From Gemmatimonadales bacterium (GTDB lineage Bacteria; Gemmatimonadota; Gemmatimonadetes; Gemmatimonadales; GWC2-71-9): 39,823 nucleotides of DNA. The notes under the pieces are model-generated. The model had not been told where the DNA came from, made no database searches, and was given only the letters and a program-made list of their open reading frames with translations. This document shows positions 21,147 to 31,461 of the stretch, in pieces. The DNA is taken from NCBI GenBank assembly GCA_041577295.1, contig JBFGJG010000040.1:1-39823 (forward strand). Reading direction: 5' to 3'. Position 1 is the first letter of the stretch. Every line of letters begins with the position of its first letter. The position numbers and the translations under genes were made by a program.

Positions 21147-21902
21147 ATGACCGCAGTCGACACATTCTACGATACGCTTGCTCCCTGGTATCACCTGATT
21201 TTCGAGGACTGGGACGCAAGCATCGCGCGCCAGGGACAGCTGCTCAACGCCATCATTGCAGAGCGTTGGGGTGCAAAACCTCACCGAATCCTGGACGTAG
21301 CGGTTGGGATCGGGACACAGACGATCGCGCTGGCACAACACGGTCACTCGCTGATCGGTGCTGACATCGCAAGAGGCGCGCTCAGCCGAGCACATCGGGA
21401 GCTACAGCGGCGGAACGTCACGGCCTCGCTCATAGCAGCAGACATGGCCGAGGTTTCATTCGGCCGGCACTCAGTTGATGTCATCATCTGCTGCGATAAC
21501 TCCTTGCCACATCTCCTGTCGACGGCCCGTATCGAGCAGGCGCTCAACGGATGGCTGGAGTGCGTGCGTCCGGGTGGAGGGATAGTGATCTCGATACGGG
21601 ATTACGGAACGGCAAAGCCCATCGGAACGGTGGAGGAACATCCGTACGGTGATCACGTCGCGGGCGGCGAGCGCTATGTCTTGCGGCAGGCGTGGACGTG
21701 GAAAGGAGAGCGGCAGTATACACTTCGATTGGAAATACGTCGGGGGGACACGAACGAACTGCTAGTATCGCCAGAGGTTCAATATTATGCGATTTCGCCG
21801 GGAGAGGTGCAGGCGTTGGCCAGACAGGCGGGGTTTACGAACGTATGCATTGAGACCGCGAAGTTTTACCAACCAGTGGTGATCGGTTCTCGTGCGTCCT
21901 GA
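21147..21902 (+). CDS. Class I SAM-dependent methyltransferase
   Basis: 'ILDVAVGIGTQ', 'GADI', 'DNSLPHL', 'VRPGG'. Confidence 0.9.
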   Translation: MTAVDTFYDTLAPWYHLIFEDWDASIARQGQLLNAIIAERWGAKPHRILDVAVGIGTQTIALAQHGHSLIGADIARGALSRAHRELQRRNVTASLIAADMAEVSFGRHSVDVIICCDNSLPHLLSTARIEQALNGWLECVRPGGGIVISIRDYGTAKPIGTVEEHPYGDHVAGGERYVLRQAWTWKGERQYTLRLEIRRGDTNELLVSPEVQYYAISPGEVQALARQAGFTNVCIETAKFYQPVVIGSRAS

Positions 21903-22076
21903 CAGTTTGTGAGAAGAGGCGTTGGGTTGTGCGCGTGGTGCATTGGGTGAATCGTTCATTGACCGGAAGTGCGGCCGGGCAGGATCGCCCGCAGCTGAGA
22001 TACCTGACCTTTGTGCGGTACCCCCGATATCCTTCCGCTCTGGATTCCCGCATCCTGATACACCTGGAGGAAGTGA

Positions 22077-22439
22077 ATGCCCGTTCCCGAACATACCGTT
22101 CACTATCTGGAGATCGTCACACCGGACGTTCAAGCAACATGCGACCTGTACGGCAAAGCGTACGGCTGGCGGTTCCAGGCCATGGGACCCGAGTTGGGAA
22201 ACTCGTTCGTGGCGTCACTCCCTGACGGCTCGCGCTGCGGCATCCGCGCACCTATGCACGAACAAGAGAAGCCGACGGTGCGCACCTACCTCCGAGTTAC
22301 AAATATCGAGAAGGCGGTCGAGGAGGCGGCGCAATTGGGAGGCGAGATCGCTCTCGAGCCCGTGGAGATTCCTGGACAGGGAAAGATTGCGATCTATCTC
22401 TTCGGTGGCATAGAGCAGGGACTGTGGCAGGTTCCGTGA
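22077..22439 (+). CDS. VOC family protein
   Basis: 'VHYLEIVTPDV', 'GGEIALEPVEIPGQGKIAIY'; GGAGG RBS. Confidence 0.85.
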   Translation: MPVPEHTVHYLEIVTPDVQATCDLYGKAYGWRFQAMGPELGNSFVASLPDGSRCGIRAPMHEQEKPTVRTYLRVTNIEKAVEEAAQLGGEIALEPVEIPGQGKIAIYLFGGIEQGLWQVP

Positions 22440-22651
22440 AGTGCTTGCTGCCTGACCCCTGACAACCACCGGCGCTCTCAAATCGCACCCCGCGCGCGCA
22501 ATTCAGTGCCCTACCAACCAAGGGCGAAATCATCGTGCGGGTCACTTGTGGTCGACGAGATGAGTGGCGTGCTCGAGGAAGAACCTCGAGCCGATCGCCC
22601 ACGCAGCCCTATGGCTCGTATTGTCTAGCGAAGAGGTTCTTTAGGTCTATC

Positions 22652-23875
22652 ATGCAAACGCAAACGCCGCCGCCACGCAGCAGCATCCTGCACCCGCTCC
22701 ACGACTTCCTGCGGCTGGAGGCTGCCGGCGGCTTGGTCCTCATGGCGGCCGCCGTGGTGGCGCTGATCTTCGCGAACTCGCCGCTTGCCGTGTATTACGG
22801 CGTGCTTCTCGATTTTCCTCTCGCGATCGGTTTGGGGAAATTCGGAATCACGAAGCCCTTGCTCCTGTGGATCAACGACGGCCTCATGGCCGTATTCTTT
22901 TTCCTCGTCGGCATGGAACTGAAGCGCGAGGTACTCGAGGGGCACTTGGCGAGTCTGCGGCAAGCGAGTCTGCCGGCGTTCGCAGCGGTTGGAGGGATGC
23001 TGGTACCCGCGGCTTGCTACGCGGCGTTCAACTGGACGGATGCTATAGCAATGAAGGGGTGGGCGATCCCCACCGCGACCGACATCGCGTTCGCACTGGG
23101 GGTTCTCTCCCTACTAGGAAATCGGATTCCGACGGCGCTGAAAGCTTTCCTCCTGACCGTGGCCATCTTCGATGATCTTGGCGCCATCATCGTAATTGCC
23201 TTGTTCTACACGGCGGATCTCTCCTTGTTGTCACTGGCTATCGCAGGGGGTTTGACCCTCGTCCTCACCGTCCTGAATCGCGCCGGCGTCGTCAGACCAG
23301 CTGCCTATTTGTTGGTGGGCCTGCCGCTCTGGGTGTCGCTACTCAAGTCGGGCGTGCACGCTACGCTGGCCGGGGTCGTGCTCGCGATGTTCATTCCGCT
23401 GCGCGTAGGAGACAATACGCGATCATCGGGTGGCGGGTCACCACTTCGGCATCTCGAACACGCGCTACACCCGTGGGTGGCGTTTGGGATCCTGCCAGTC
23501 TTTGCATTCGCCAACGCTGGCGTTTCGATTTTGGATCTCTCGCTAACCGATATACTTCACCCAGTGCCCATGGGGATCGTGACTGGCCTGTTTCTCGGAA
23601 AGCAGATTGGCGTGCTGACGCTATGCTGGATTGCCATTCGCGCGGGCCTTGCGTCGCTCCCCGACGGTGTAGGCTGGAGGGAACTGCACGGCGTGTCCCT
23701 GCTCTGCGGTATCGGCTTTACCATGAGCCTGTTCATCGCCTCGTTGGCATTCGAACAGGGCGCCACGGCCTATCTGGGCCTCGAGCGGCTCGGCATTCTC
23801 GTCGGCTCCCTGATTTGCGGATTGTCGGGTTACGTCGTGCTCCGCATCTCCATGAAGGCCGCCGATGCAACGTGA
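22652..23875 (+). CDS. nhaA: Na+/H+ antiporter NhaA
   Basis: 'WINDGLMAVFF', 'GWAIPTATDIAFALG', 'AIFDD', 'SGVHATLAG', 'CGIGFTMSLFI'. Confidence 0.96.
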   Translation: MQTQTPPPRSSILHPLHDFLRLEAAGGLVLMAAAVVALIFANSPLAVYYGVLLDFPLAIGLGKFGITKPLLLWINDGLMAVFFFLVGMELKREVLEGHLASLRQASLPAFAAVGGMLVPAACYAAFNWTDAIAMKGWAIPTATDIAFALGVLSLLGNRIPTALKAFLLTVAIFDDLGAIIVIALFYTADLSLLSLAIAGGLTLVLTVLNRAGVVRPAAYLLVGLPLWVSLLKSGVHATLAGVVLAMFIPLRVGDNTRSSGGGSPLRHLEHALHPWVAFGILPVFAFANAGVSILDLSLTDILHPVPMGIVTGLFLGKQIGVLTLCWIAIRAGLASLPDGVGWRELHGVSLLCGIGFTMSLFIASLAFEQGATAYLGLERLGILVGSLICGLSGYVVLRISMKAADAT

Positions 23876-23969
23876 GCAGAGAGCGGCAGAACCAAACCTC
23901 GGAAAGACGCCCGGCCGGTTGAGCTTGCACGGTGAACAGCTTTCCCCGCAAGGACGCCAGCTGGCGGCG

Positions 23970-24419
23970 ATGTTTCGTACGGTTGTAAGCCTTGGTGTGG
24001 GCACTCTCGCACTAACCGCGCGCGCCGAAGCACAGTTCGCCACGGCGGGCGCTGGTGTGCTGATGAGCGAACGGCCAGCACAGCCGGTTGTCGAACTGCA
24101 TGCGGAGACGCCTCCCATCCTCACGGCGCGCGCGTACGTCACCCTGTCATGGACCGATGAAAGCACCAAGCCGACCGCCATTACGGCGGGCGAGCGCCAG
24201 GTCGCCCGTGTCGGCCCTGCGATGGTTGGTGCCGGAGCTGGACTCCTGTGGCTCGACGTCAACGAGTACCGACCCTATCCGATTCTCGTGAGTTCCACCG
24301 TGGTGCCGCTCCCGATGCCGCGGACCTCCGCCGTGGCGATTCTGTCGACGCAGCCCTTCCAAGACTTTGTGTGGTCGCTGGTCCTGAAGGTTGGCGTCAC
24401 CCTGTGGTTCGTCAGGTAG
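23970..24419 (+). CDS. Secreted/outer-membrane beta-strand protein, hypothetical
   Basis: Signal peptide ending 'AEA'; amphipathic beta strands; aromatic C-terminus. Confidence 0.6.
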   Translation: MFRTVVSLGVGTLALTARAEAQFATAGAGVLMSERPAQPVVELHAETPPILTARAYVTLSWTDESTKPTAITAGERQVARVGPAMVGAGAGLLWLDVNEYRPYPILVSSTVVPLPMPRTSAVAILSTQPFQDFVWSLVLKVGVTLWFVR

Positions 24420-24469
24420 CTGAGCGTAGCGTATCGGTCTAGCCAGCCCCCCCAAATGCTGAGGTTCCG

Positions 24470-25243
24470 ATGAAGCATAAACACGTCTTGATGGTGATGG
24501 GGATGGCCGGCTTTCCGGCACTCGTGGCTGGGCAGCAGCCAGCCGGCCCCCCCGTAGTGATCGTACACGGTGCATGGGGAGGCGGCTGGGACTGGAAACC
24601 GGTCGAAACGGAACTCCGAGCCCGCGGCCGCGTGGCGTACCGACCCACGCTCACGGGGCTCGGCGAACGCCACCACTTGGCGTCGGCAGACATCGGTCTT
24701 GCGACGCACGTGACGGACGTGGTGAACCTGATTGTCTGGGAGCGCCTGGAAGACGTTGTCCTCGTCGGCCACAGTTACGGGGGCATGGTGATCACCGGGG
24801 TGGCAGAGCGTATCCCCGATCGGATCGCACACCTCGTGTACTTGGACGCCTTCGTTCCGTTCGACGGCGAATGTGCGATGTCCACGCCAAATCGGGGAGC
24901 GTCATCGTGCGAAGCGTTCGATCAGGATGGCATGCCGTTCGCCCGAATTTCGGAGGGTCTGTTGGTGCCGGCGTGGCTCGGTCCTGACGCACAGCCACCG
25001 AGCGATGTGCCCCACCCTGCAAAGACCCTGATCGATACGCTTGACCTTGCGGGATTCCCGGGGAGCAAGCGACCGGCATCGTACATCATCACTCGGGATT
25101 CCCCAGGTCAGGCCGATGGCTTCGACTGGGCGGCCGAGCGTGCCCATCAGCTTGGCTGGCCCGTCATCGAGATGATCGCAGATCACAATCCTCAACGTGG
25201 GAAGGTACGTGAGCTGGTCGATCTGCTGGTGACCTTCCGGTGA
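24470..25243 (+). CDS. Alpha/beta hydrolase (methylesterase-like)
   Basis: 'VHGAWGGGWDW', 'LTGLGER', 'GHSYGG', 'YLDAFVP'. Confidence 0.9.
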   Translation: MKHKHVLMVMGMAGFPALVAGQQPAGPPVVIVHGAWGGGWDWKPVETELRARGRVAYRPTLTGLGERHHLASADIGLATHVTDVVNLIVWERLEDVVLVGHSYGGMVITGVAERIPDRIAHLVYLDAFVPFDGECAMSTPNRGASSCEAFDQDGMPFARISEGLLVPAWLGPDAQPPSDVPHPAKTLIDTLDLAGFPGSKRPASYIITRDSPGQADGFDWAAERAHQLGWPVIEMIADHNPQRGKVRELVDLLVTFR

Positions 25244-25271
25244 GGGTTGGCGTATACGCCACGGAGTTTCC

Positions 25272-25595
25272 ATGATCAAGGTCATCTACTGCTTCCGCAA
25301 AGCCCCTCATCTCACCAGAGACGAGTTTTCAGAGTACTGGGAGAGGGTGCACGGACCGATCGGGGCTCGGATTCCTGGGTTACGCCGACTGGTGCAGAGC
25401 CTGGCAGTTCGCCACGGCGACGGCAGTCCGCCGTCCGACTTCGATGGAGTGGCGGAGTTGTGGTTCGACGACTTGACGGCTCTTGCGCAAGCGCGCAGAA
25501 GCCAGGAGTGGCTCCGTTCGACGGCGGACGAGGCGAACTTCATCGATCTGGATCACACGTCGTACATGGTAGCGGAGGAACGGACGATCGTCTGA
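25272..25595 (+). CDS. EthD family dimeric alpha-beta barrel protein
   Basis: 'EF.EYW...HGP...IPGLRR', 'FDGVAELWFD', 'DEANFID'. Confidence 0.88.
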   Translation: MIKVIYCFRKAPHLTRDEFSEYWERVHGPIGARIPGLRRLVQSLAVRHGDGSPPSDFDGVAELWFDDLTALAQARRSQEWLRSTADEANFIDLDHTSYMVAEERTIV

Positions 25596-25812
25596 GGCTT
25601 GTCACATGAGATCGTTTCCGCGCCCCTACCATTCGGCTGTCCGCACGCCTTTCCGGCGGAATCGCGGATGGGCGACCACGGCGTGCCGTGGAGCCAAGAG
25701 TAAGTCGTGAGCGAGCGGAAGCGTGACAGCTCATGAGCGACCGATCATAACCACTACGCCACGTTCGAGACCGCACGGGAAACAGAACGGTTCCCCCCGG
25801 GTACGGTCAGTC

Positions 25813-26229
25813 ATGCGGATCCTGCTCCTCGTGTGGCTCTCACTGGGCGCCGTTTCTGCGGCAGCGCAAGAACCGTCCGCCGAAACGTACGCGTACGGTG
25901 AAGCCACGGCCGATCAGGTGCTGGACTTGGCCGTGCCGGCTGTTTCAGGGTTCCCGACCGTGTTGTTTGTTCACGGTGGAAGTCTGGTCGAAATTGGCGA
26001 CACGCGAAGCTCCGAGGTGTATCGAGAAGTCTGTCGCCCGTTTGTCCGCCTGCTCTTGGAGGAGAACCGACCGGCCGATTTAGTCATTGTCCCAGGACGC
26101 CAAACGACGAGCATCGGGTCCATCGCGCGCGATGCGGACGCAACATTTGCCGCCATCCACGCATTCATTCGAACGGGGGATCCGAGAGCGGCTCTGCACC
26201 CCGACGTCGATAAGAAGAACGAAACGTGA
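25813..26229 (+). pseudogene. Internally deleted HGG-type esterase (alpha/beta hydrolase)
   Basis: Signal peptide, 'LDLAVP...PTVLFVHGGS', then an abrupt jump to a C-terminal-like segment; no GxSxG; only 138 aa. Confidence 0.6.
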
Positions 26230-26669
26230 TTCGACCGTACCATCCCAGAGACCGCGACACACTGCTGGCCGTCTGGGCGGCGAGCGCGACCGTCGCCTGC
26301 CCCTTCTGGACGCCCGCGATGTTCGCGCAGGAGCGTCGGGATATCGCCGAAAAGTACCTCCCCGTTGCCGAGACGTATGTGTTCGAGCGCAACGGGGTGG
26401 TCGTCGGCTTCATCTCGCTCCTGGGCAACGAGGTCGGTGGGCTCTTTGTTGCTCCTCAGTACCAAGGTCAAGGAATCGGTAGAGCGCTCATGGATTGGGC
26501 ACGCGAGTCCCGCGATCATCTGGAGCTGGACGTGTTTGAAGCCAATGCAATCGGTCGGGCCTTCTATTCGGCGTACGGGTTTGGCGTCGCTCGGGAGCGA
26601 GTGGACGAGGCTACGGGCGAGCGCATGCTCCGCTTGCGATTCCCGTCAAACACGGAGCGGCCGCGTTAA
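26226..26669 (+). CDS. GNAT acetyltransferase (YjaB/YiaC-like)
   Basis: 'LFVAPQYQGQGIGRALM', 'LDVFEANAIGRAFY..YGF'. Confidence 0.9.
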   Translation: MIRPYHPRDRDTLLAVWAASATVACPFWTPAMFAQERRDIAEKYLPVAETYVFERNGVVVGFISLLGNEVGGLFVAPQYQGQGIGRALMDWARESRDHLELDVFEANAIGRAFYSAYGFGVARERVDEATGERMLRLRFPSNTERPR

Positions 26670-26773
26670 TGGCTTCGGCCGACGTCGACCTGCCCTTCCA
26701 ACCGATAGACAGGCAACGGTGCGGCGCCGACGCGCATCTTACTTGTGGAGGTTCCTACACACGGGAGAGACGC

Positions 26774-27391
26774 ATGCTGCGAAACGCCATCCTGGCCATG
26801 ATGCTCGTCGTCGCATTTGCTCCGGTGTCACTGGATGCACAGGAGAAAAGCAACGAGCTCCTGATCACGCTCGAACGAGATTCGGAGCGGGAACGGGCGA
26901 CCGCTGAACAGCTCAGGCGGGTCCTGGAGGACTACGAGGTCACCCAATGGATCCGCACTTGGCGGGTCCATATCGACGAGCGCGTGATCCCCCACAGTCA
27001 TCCGGTGCTCACGCTGCACGCACGGCACCTCAGTGATGACCACGGGCTGTTGGCCACCTTCCTGCACGAGCAGTTCCACTGGCTCGAAGAGGGGAACGCC
27101 GACTTTCGGGCGGCCATGGATGCCTTTGCGGCGGCCTATCCGAACGCACCGGCAGGCGCGCCGGAGGGCGCGCGGGACCTCGAGAGCACGTATCGGCATC
27201 TGCTCGTGTGCGACCTGGAGTTTCAGGCGATGAGCGTGCTCGTTGGCGAGAAACAGGCCCGCGAGGTATTGTCGGCGAACCGACACTACACTTGGATCTA
27301 CGACCGCGTGCTCAACGATCGGCGGGTCCGCGAGATCGCCACCGCCCATGGCTTCCGCATCGCCGAACCGGGCGAGTCGCGGCTACGCTAG
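26774..27391 (+). CDS. Secreted HExxH-motif protein (putative zinc metalloprotein)
   Basis: Signal peptide; 'PHSHPVLTL', 'FLHEQFHW', 'HLLVCDLE'. Confidence 0.7.
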   Translation: MLRNAILAMMLVVAFAPVSLDAQEKSNELLITLERDSERERATAEQLRRVLEDYEVTQWIRTWRVHIDERVIPHSHPVLTLHARHLSDDHGLLATFLHEQFHWLEEGNADFRAAMDAFAAAYPNAPAGAPEGARDLESTYRHLLVCDLEFQAMSVLVGEKQAREVLSANRHYTWIYDRVLNDRRVREIATAHGFRIAEPGESRLR

Positions 27392-27398
27392 CAGCGGA

Positions 27399-28298
27399 AT
27401 GCCGATGAGCCCGGGGACGTTGGTTCTGATCGCCGCAGTGCAAGCGGGCCTGTCATTGACGGAACTTCCCTCCCCCGCCGAGCTGAGCTCGGTCGAGGTC
27501 CGTGCGGTTGAGGCCGGCCGGGACGGATCCATGTGGTTCAGTGTCCGAGACGTTGGGCTTGCCCGGCTCTATGGCGGACGTGTCGAGTTGTTCACCTCGG
27601 CACACGGCCTGATGTCGAACGGCATCGCCGACATCCTCGAAGACCGCCACGGTACCCTCTGGGCCGTGGGGCGGTCGGGCTACAGCATTCTGGACTCTCT
27701 CGGATGGTCCGCGTCGTCGGAGGTCGGGGGCTTGCAGACGTCGCTTGTGTTCGGCGTGTACGAAGATCTCCCAACCGAGTCAGTGTGGCTTGCTGCAAAC
27801 GGTGGTGTGGCGCGGCTGACAGCCGGAGCGTGGAGCGTTGTGCGGCCGCGTGATGGTCTCCCTCATGTCGTAGCACATGACGTAGTGGTGGACCATGAAG
27901 GCACGATCTGGGTTGCTTGTCGCACGGGCGTCGCCCGGATTCGGGACGGTGAGATCTCCGTCTACTTCCCAGAGCTCAACGTCCGCAGTGCCCTCATCGG
28001 GCCCGACGGCGGGCTATGGTTTGGTACGTCCGACGGTGTCCTCAGTTGGAACGGCACCTCGTGGTCGCGCCATCTCCGTGGCATCACGGTGTATCCAAAG
28101 CTCGTCACCCGTGACGGCGTGGTGTGGGCCGGGTCTGCCCATGCTGGGGTCTTTCGGTACGAGGGTGGCTCGTGGCATGGCGTTCAACTCCCCTTGCGTC
28201 TCGCGCGGGCCGAAATCTTCGACATCGCGGAAGACGGGGAAGGAACCATTTGGCTCGCTACCTCATTAGGAGCTGTTCGGCTCGACCGCGGCCGTTGA
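27399..28298 (+). CDS. Beta-propeller repeat protein (two-component regulator propeller-like, stand-alone)
   Basis: Repeated 'D..G.[LI]W' and 'GL.[SH]..[IV]' blades; no kinase domain. Confidence 0.75.
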   Translation: MPMSPGTLVLIAAVQAGLSLTELPSPAELSSVEVRAVEAGRDGSMWFSVRDVGLARLYGGRVELFTSAHGLMSNGIADILEDRHGTLWAVGRSGYSILDSLGWSASSEVGGLQTSLVFGVYEDLPTESVWLAANGGVARLTAGAWSVVRPRDGLPHVVAHDVVVDHEGTIWVACRTGVARIRDGEISVYFPELNVRSALIGPDGGLWFGTSDGVLSWNGTSWSRHLRGITVYPKLVTRDGVVWAGSAHAGVFRYEGGSWHGVQLPLRLARAEIFDIAEDGEGTIWLATSLGAVRLDRGR

Positions 28299-28381
28299 CT
28301 CGCCTCGGACGAGCAACGGATGCGGCACCAGGCTCAATCGTGTCGTACGCGCATCCATTTTTTGCTCCGGGGTAGGTCTCA

Positions 28382-30673
28382 ATGCCATCGCAGCTTCTCA
28401 CCGTCTTGCTCTGGTGTGCGTTTGGTCTATCGCTGACCGCACACGACCTCGCGGCACAGACGTTTCGGCTTTCGGCCGCCGACATCGCCGACTCGGCAGC
28501 GCTGAGCCGGTCGGTCCCCCGCTTGGCGGCCGAAGTCCTTGCCCAGTACCGCGACTCCAACCGCGCCAGATTCCTCGACAACGTCTTCCGACTCCAGATG
28601 CTCACAGGCCGCTACGCCGATGCGTTGGTCAGCCTCGCGGAGCTACGAGGCGTTCTGGGGGATACCACACCGAAGCAAAAGGCCGCCCGCGTCCAGTACG
28701 AGATTCTCTCGCGAGCTCGCGCCATGGAACGAAACGGCCGGCCGTTCCCTGACGCGTTCGCAGAAGGGTTCCGCGACGCGTTCGCCACGCTCGACGACCC
28801 CTCCGCGGGGTGGGCTGCACGCGCCATCCTGGTGACCGCACGCACGGCCGCCAACGATCTCTGGTGGGCCACACCAGACCAGACCGACAAGGACACCGTC
28901 TCGCTACAGGATGCGCTCACGTTCCTGCGCGTACACCAGGCGGTCGAAGCGTACCGGGCCTTTGCAGGCCTCCCACCGGCGCTCGTCGCTGAGGACGAAG
29001 CACGTCGATATGTGATCCATACGAACGTGCAGGTCCCCAACACGGGCGGTGCCACGATCTGCGCGCACGTGGTGCGGCCGCGACGATCGCCCGGGCGGCT
29101 CCCCGCCCTACTCCAGTTTACGATCTACGCCGACTCTGCGAACGCCGTGCGCGACGCGCTGCTCACTGCCGCCCACGGTTATGTCGGGGTGATCGGGTTC
29201 ACCCGCGGCAAGGTGTGCAGTCCGGATCGCATCGTACCTTACGTACACGACGGGGCCGATGCCGCCGGGCTGATCGATTGGATCGCGGCCCAATCATGGA
29301 GCGACGGCAGAGTCGGCATGTACGGAGGCAGCTACTCGGGCTTCACGGCCTGGGCGGCGGCGAAGCACATGCCACCAGCCTTGCGGGCGATCATGGTTGG
29401 CGCCCCAGTTGGCCCGGGAATCGACGTTCCAATGGAGGGAAATGTCTTCTGGAACTTCGTGTACTCGTGGCCGTTTTATGCGGCCTACACGCGGTACCTG
29501 GACAACGAGACGTACTTCGACAACGCCCGCTGGAGCAGCCTGTACCGGGAGTGGTACACGACCGGCAGGCCGTACCGTGCCTTGCCAGAGATCGATGGGA
29601 CGCCCAATCCCGTGTTCGCCGAGTGGATCGCCCATCCTAACCTGGACCAGTACTGGCGAGAGATGATTCCCCAGGGCAACGAGTACGCGAGCATTCAGAT
29701 CCCCGTGTTGCAGACGGCCGGGTACTTCTATGGAGGTCCGGGCGCCGCGGCGTACTACTTCTTGCAGCACGCCGAGCACAATCCCGGTGCGGAGCACTAC
29801 CTTCTGATCGGTCCCTACGATCACTTCCAGGCCCAGCGTGGTGTGGTCACGACGTTGGGCGACACGGCCACCTACTTTGCTGGTTACGAGACTGACTCGG
29901 TGGCGCACATCGACATCTTGGCCGACGTGCGATATCAGTGGTTCGACTACGTGCTGCGGGGAGGGCCCAAGCCTTCACTGCTCGCCGATCGGGTCAACTA
30001 CCAGGTGATGGGTGCAAACCGCTGGGAACACGCGCCGAGTATCGCTGCGATGGCCAACAGCCGGCTCCGGTTGTATTTGAGCCCCAATCGATCGGGCGGG
30101 CGATACACGCTGACCCGGGCGCCCAGCGCGGAAGGCACCGCGATCACCCACACGGTGAATCTCGCCGACAGATCGGATGTAGACCGCCGCCCCGTCGGTG
30201 GCCTCATGAGCACGGTGATCGATACGTCCAACGCCATCACGCTCGTGAGCGAGCCGCTCGACGAACCCGTTGAGGTGAACGGGTTGCTGTCAGGACACCT
30301 TGAGCTGGTCGGCAACAAGAGGGACTTCGACTTCAGTATCACGCCGTACGAGCTAACGGCGGACGGGCAGTACTTCGAGCTCGCGCCCTTCACGTCGCGG
30401 GCAAGCTACGTAGGGAGTTTGCAGGAGCGGCGCCTGCTGACGCCGGGAAAGATCGAGCAACTCGATTTTGTGAGCACCGTGCGGATGATCAGTCGCAGAT
30501 TCGGTGCTGGAAGCCGCCTCGTGATCGTCCTGAGCATCGTGAAGCACCGGGGGCAGCAGATCAACTACGGAACCGGTGGAGACGTGAGCGACGAATCGAT
30601 CACCGATGCCGGGGAGCCATTGTCAATTCGCTGGCTGGAGAACAGCTACATCGAGCTACCGGTCAGGCGGTAG
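28382..30673 (+). CDS. CocE/NonD family serine hydrolase
   Basis: Signal peptide; 'WSDGRVGMYGGSYSG', 'IGPYDH', C-terminal jelly-roll region. Confidence 0.9.
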   Translation: MPSQLLTVLLWCAFGLSLTAHDLAAQTFRLSAADIADSAALSRSVPRLAAEVLAQYRDSNRARFLDNVFRLQMLTGRYADALVSLAELRGVLGDTTPKQKAARVQYEILSRARAMERNGRPFPDAFAEGFRDAFATLDDPSAGWAARAILVTARTAANDLWWATPDQTDKDTVSLQDALTFLRVHQAVEAYRAFAGLPPALVAEDEARRYVIHTNVQVPNTGGATICAHVVRPRRSPGRLPALLQFTIYADSANAVRDALLTAAHGYVGVIGFTRGKVCSPDRIVPYVHDGADAAGLIDWIAAQSWSDGRVGMYGGSYSGFTAWAAAKHMPPALRAIMVGAPVGPGIDVPMEGNVFWNFVYSWPFYAAYTRYLDNETYFDNARWSSLYREWYTTGRPYRALPEIDGTPNPVFAEWIAHPNLDQYWREMIPQGNEYASIQIPVLQTAGYFYGGPGAAAYYFLQHAEHNPGAEHYLLIGPYDHFQAQRGVVTTLGDTATYFAGYETDSVAHIDILADVRYQWFDYVLRGGPKPSLLADRVNYQVMGANRWEHAPSIAAMANSRLRLYLSPNRSGGRYTLTRAPSAEGTAITHTVNLADRSDVDRRPVGGLMSTVIDTSNAITLVSEPLDEPVEVNGLLSGHLELVGNKRDFDFSITPYELTADGQYFELAPFTSRASYVGSLQERRLLTPGKIEQLDFVSTVRMISRRFGAGSRLVIVLSIVKHRGQQINYGTGGDVSDESITDAGEPLSIRWLENSYIELPVRR

Positions 30674-30860
30674 CATCCGGTCAATACCACGCAGAACTCG
30701 CTCGACCATCGGGCAGAACGCAGCGCTGGCAGTATACCGGCGAGGACTCATCCGAACCGCGGCCTCGGATTGTGTGTTAAGAGCTTTCGCGCCATCGTTT
30801 ACTGACCATGCTGCCCGCTTGCATGGAGTCGTAGAAGGTTCATAACCCCTAGGAGGGCCC

Positions 30861-31271
30861 GTGAACACCGCAACAGCAGGTTGCCTCATCTGCCTCGCAG
30901 CACTGGGCGCCGGCGTAGCGCACGCACAGGAGCCGGAACCGCAACTCCTGGATGGAACGGAGCTCGAGTACACTTATACCGTTCGCGGGACAGTGGTGAT
31001 CGCGTTTTATGACGGGAAGCTGAGGTACCGCTGGACCGCTGGTCCGTTGGCTGGGACGGAGGAAAAGGATCGGGTTTACAGGTCCAGAAGGATCGGTGAC
31101 GAGCTGTATCTCGTCAACTGGCACGACACCGAGAACCGTAATGTCGTGACGCTAGTCATCAACTTGCGAGAAAATGTGGTGCACTCATCGGGCCTGGCTG
31201 GCTACGGAACCGTACGGGAAGCGGTGCTCTTTGACCAAGCGGTCATTCAACGCGTGAGCCGGAACCGTTGA
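30861..31271 (+). CDS. Secreted MoaF-N / phenolic-acid-decarboxylase-like beta-barrel protein
   Basis: Signal peptide 'AHA'; 'LEYTY', 'LRYRW..GP', 'LYLVNW'; AGGAGG RBS. Confidence 0.65.
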   Translation: MNTATAGCLICLAALGAGVAHAQEPEPQLLDGTELEYTYTVRGTVVIAFYDGKLRYRWTAGPLAGTEEKDRVYRSRRIGDELYLVNWHDTENRNVVTLVINLRENVVHSSGLAGYGTVREAVLFDQAVIQRVSRNR

Positions 31272-31363
31272 TGGCTTCTCGGGTCCGGTTACAGCGCTTC
31301 TTACCCTCGCCTTGAGCGGTGGTCTCCGAGAACGTCAATTGATGTCAGGACGCAGAAGTGACA

Positions 31364-31419
31364 CTCTAACGGCTGACATAAGCAGCAGATCTCAGACCGG
31401 TCGTCCGCAGCTGTTAGAC
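31364..31419 (+). mobile_element. Degenerate attC-like site
   Basis: CTCTAAC (R''-like) ... GTTAGAC (exact GTTRRRY), 56 bp; arms TCTAACGGCTG/CAGCTGTTAGA pair at 10/11; L boxes not clearly resolvable. Confidence 0.35.
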
Positions 31420-31461
31420 GACCGTGTCCTGAATTCAATCTGACCCTTACTCAGGGATCTC

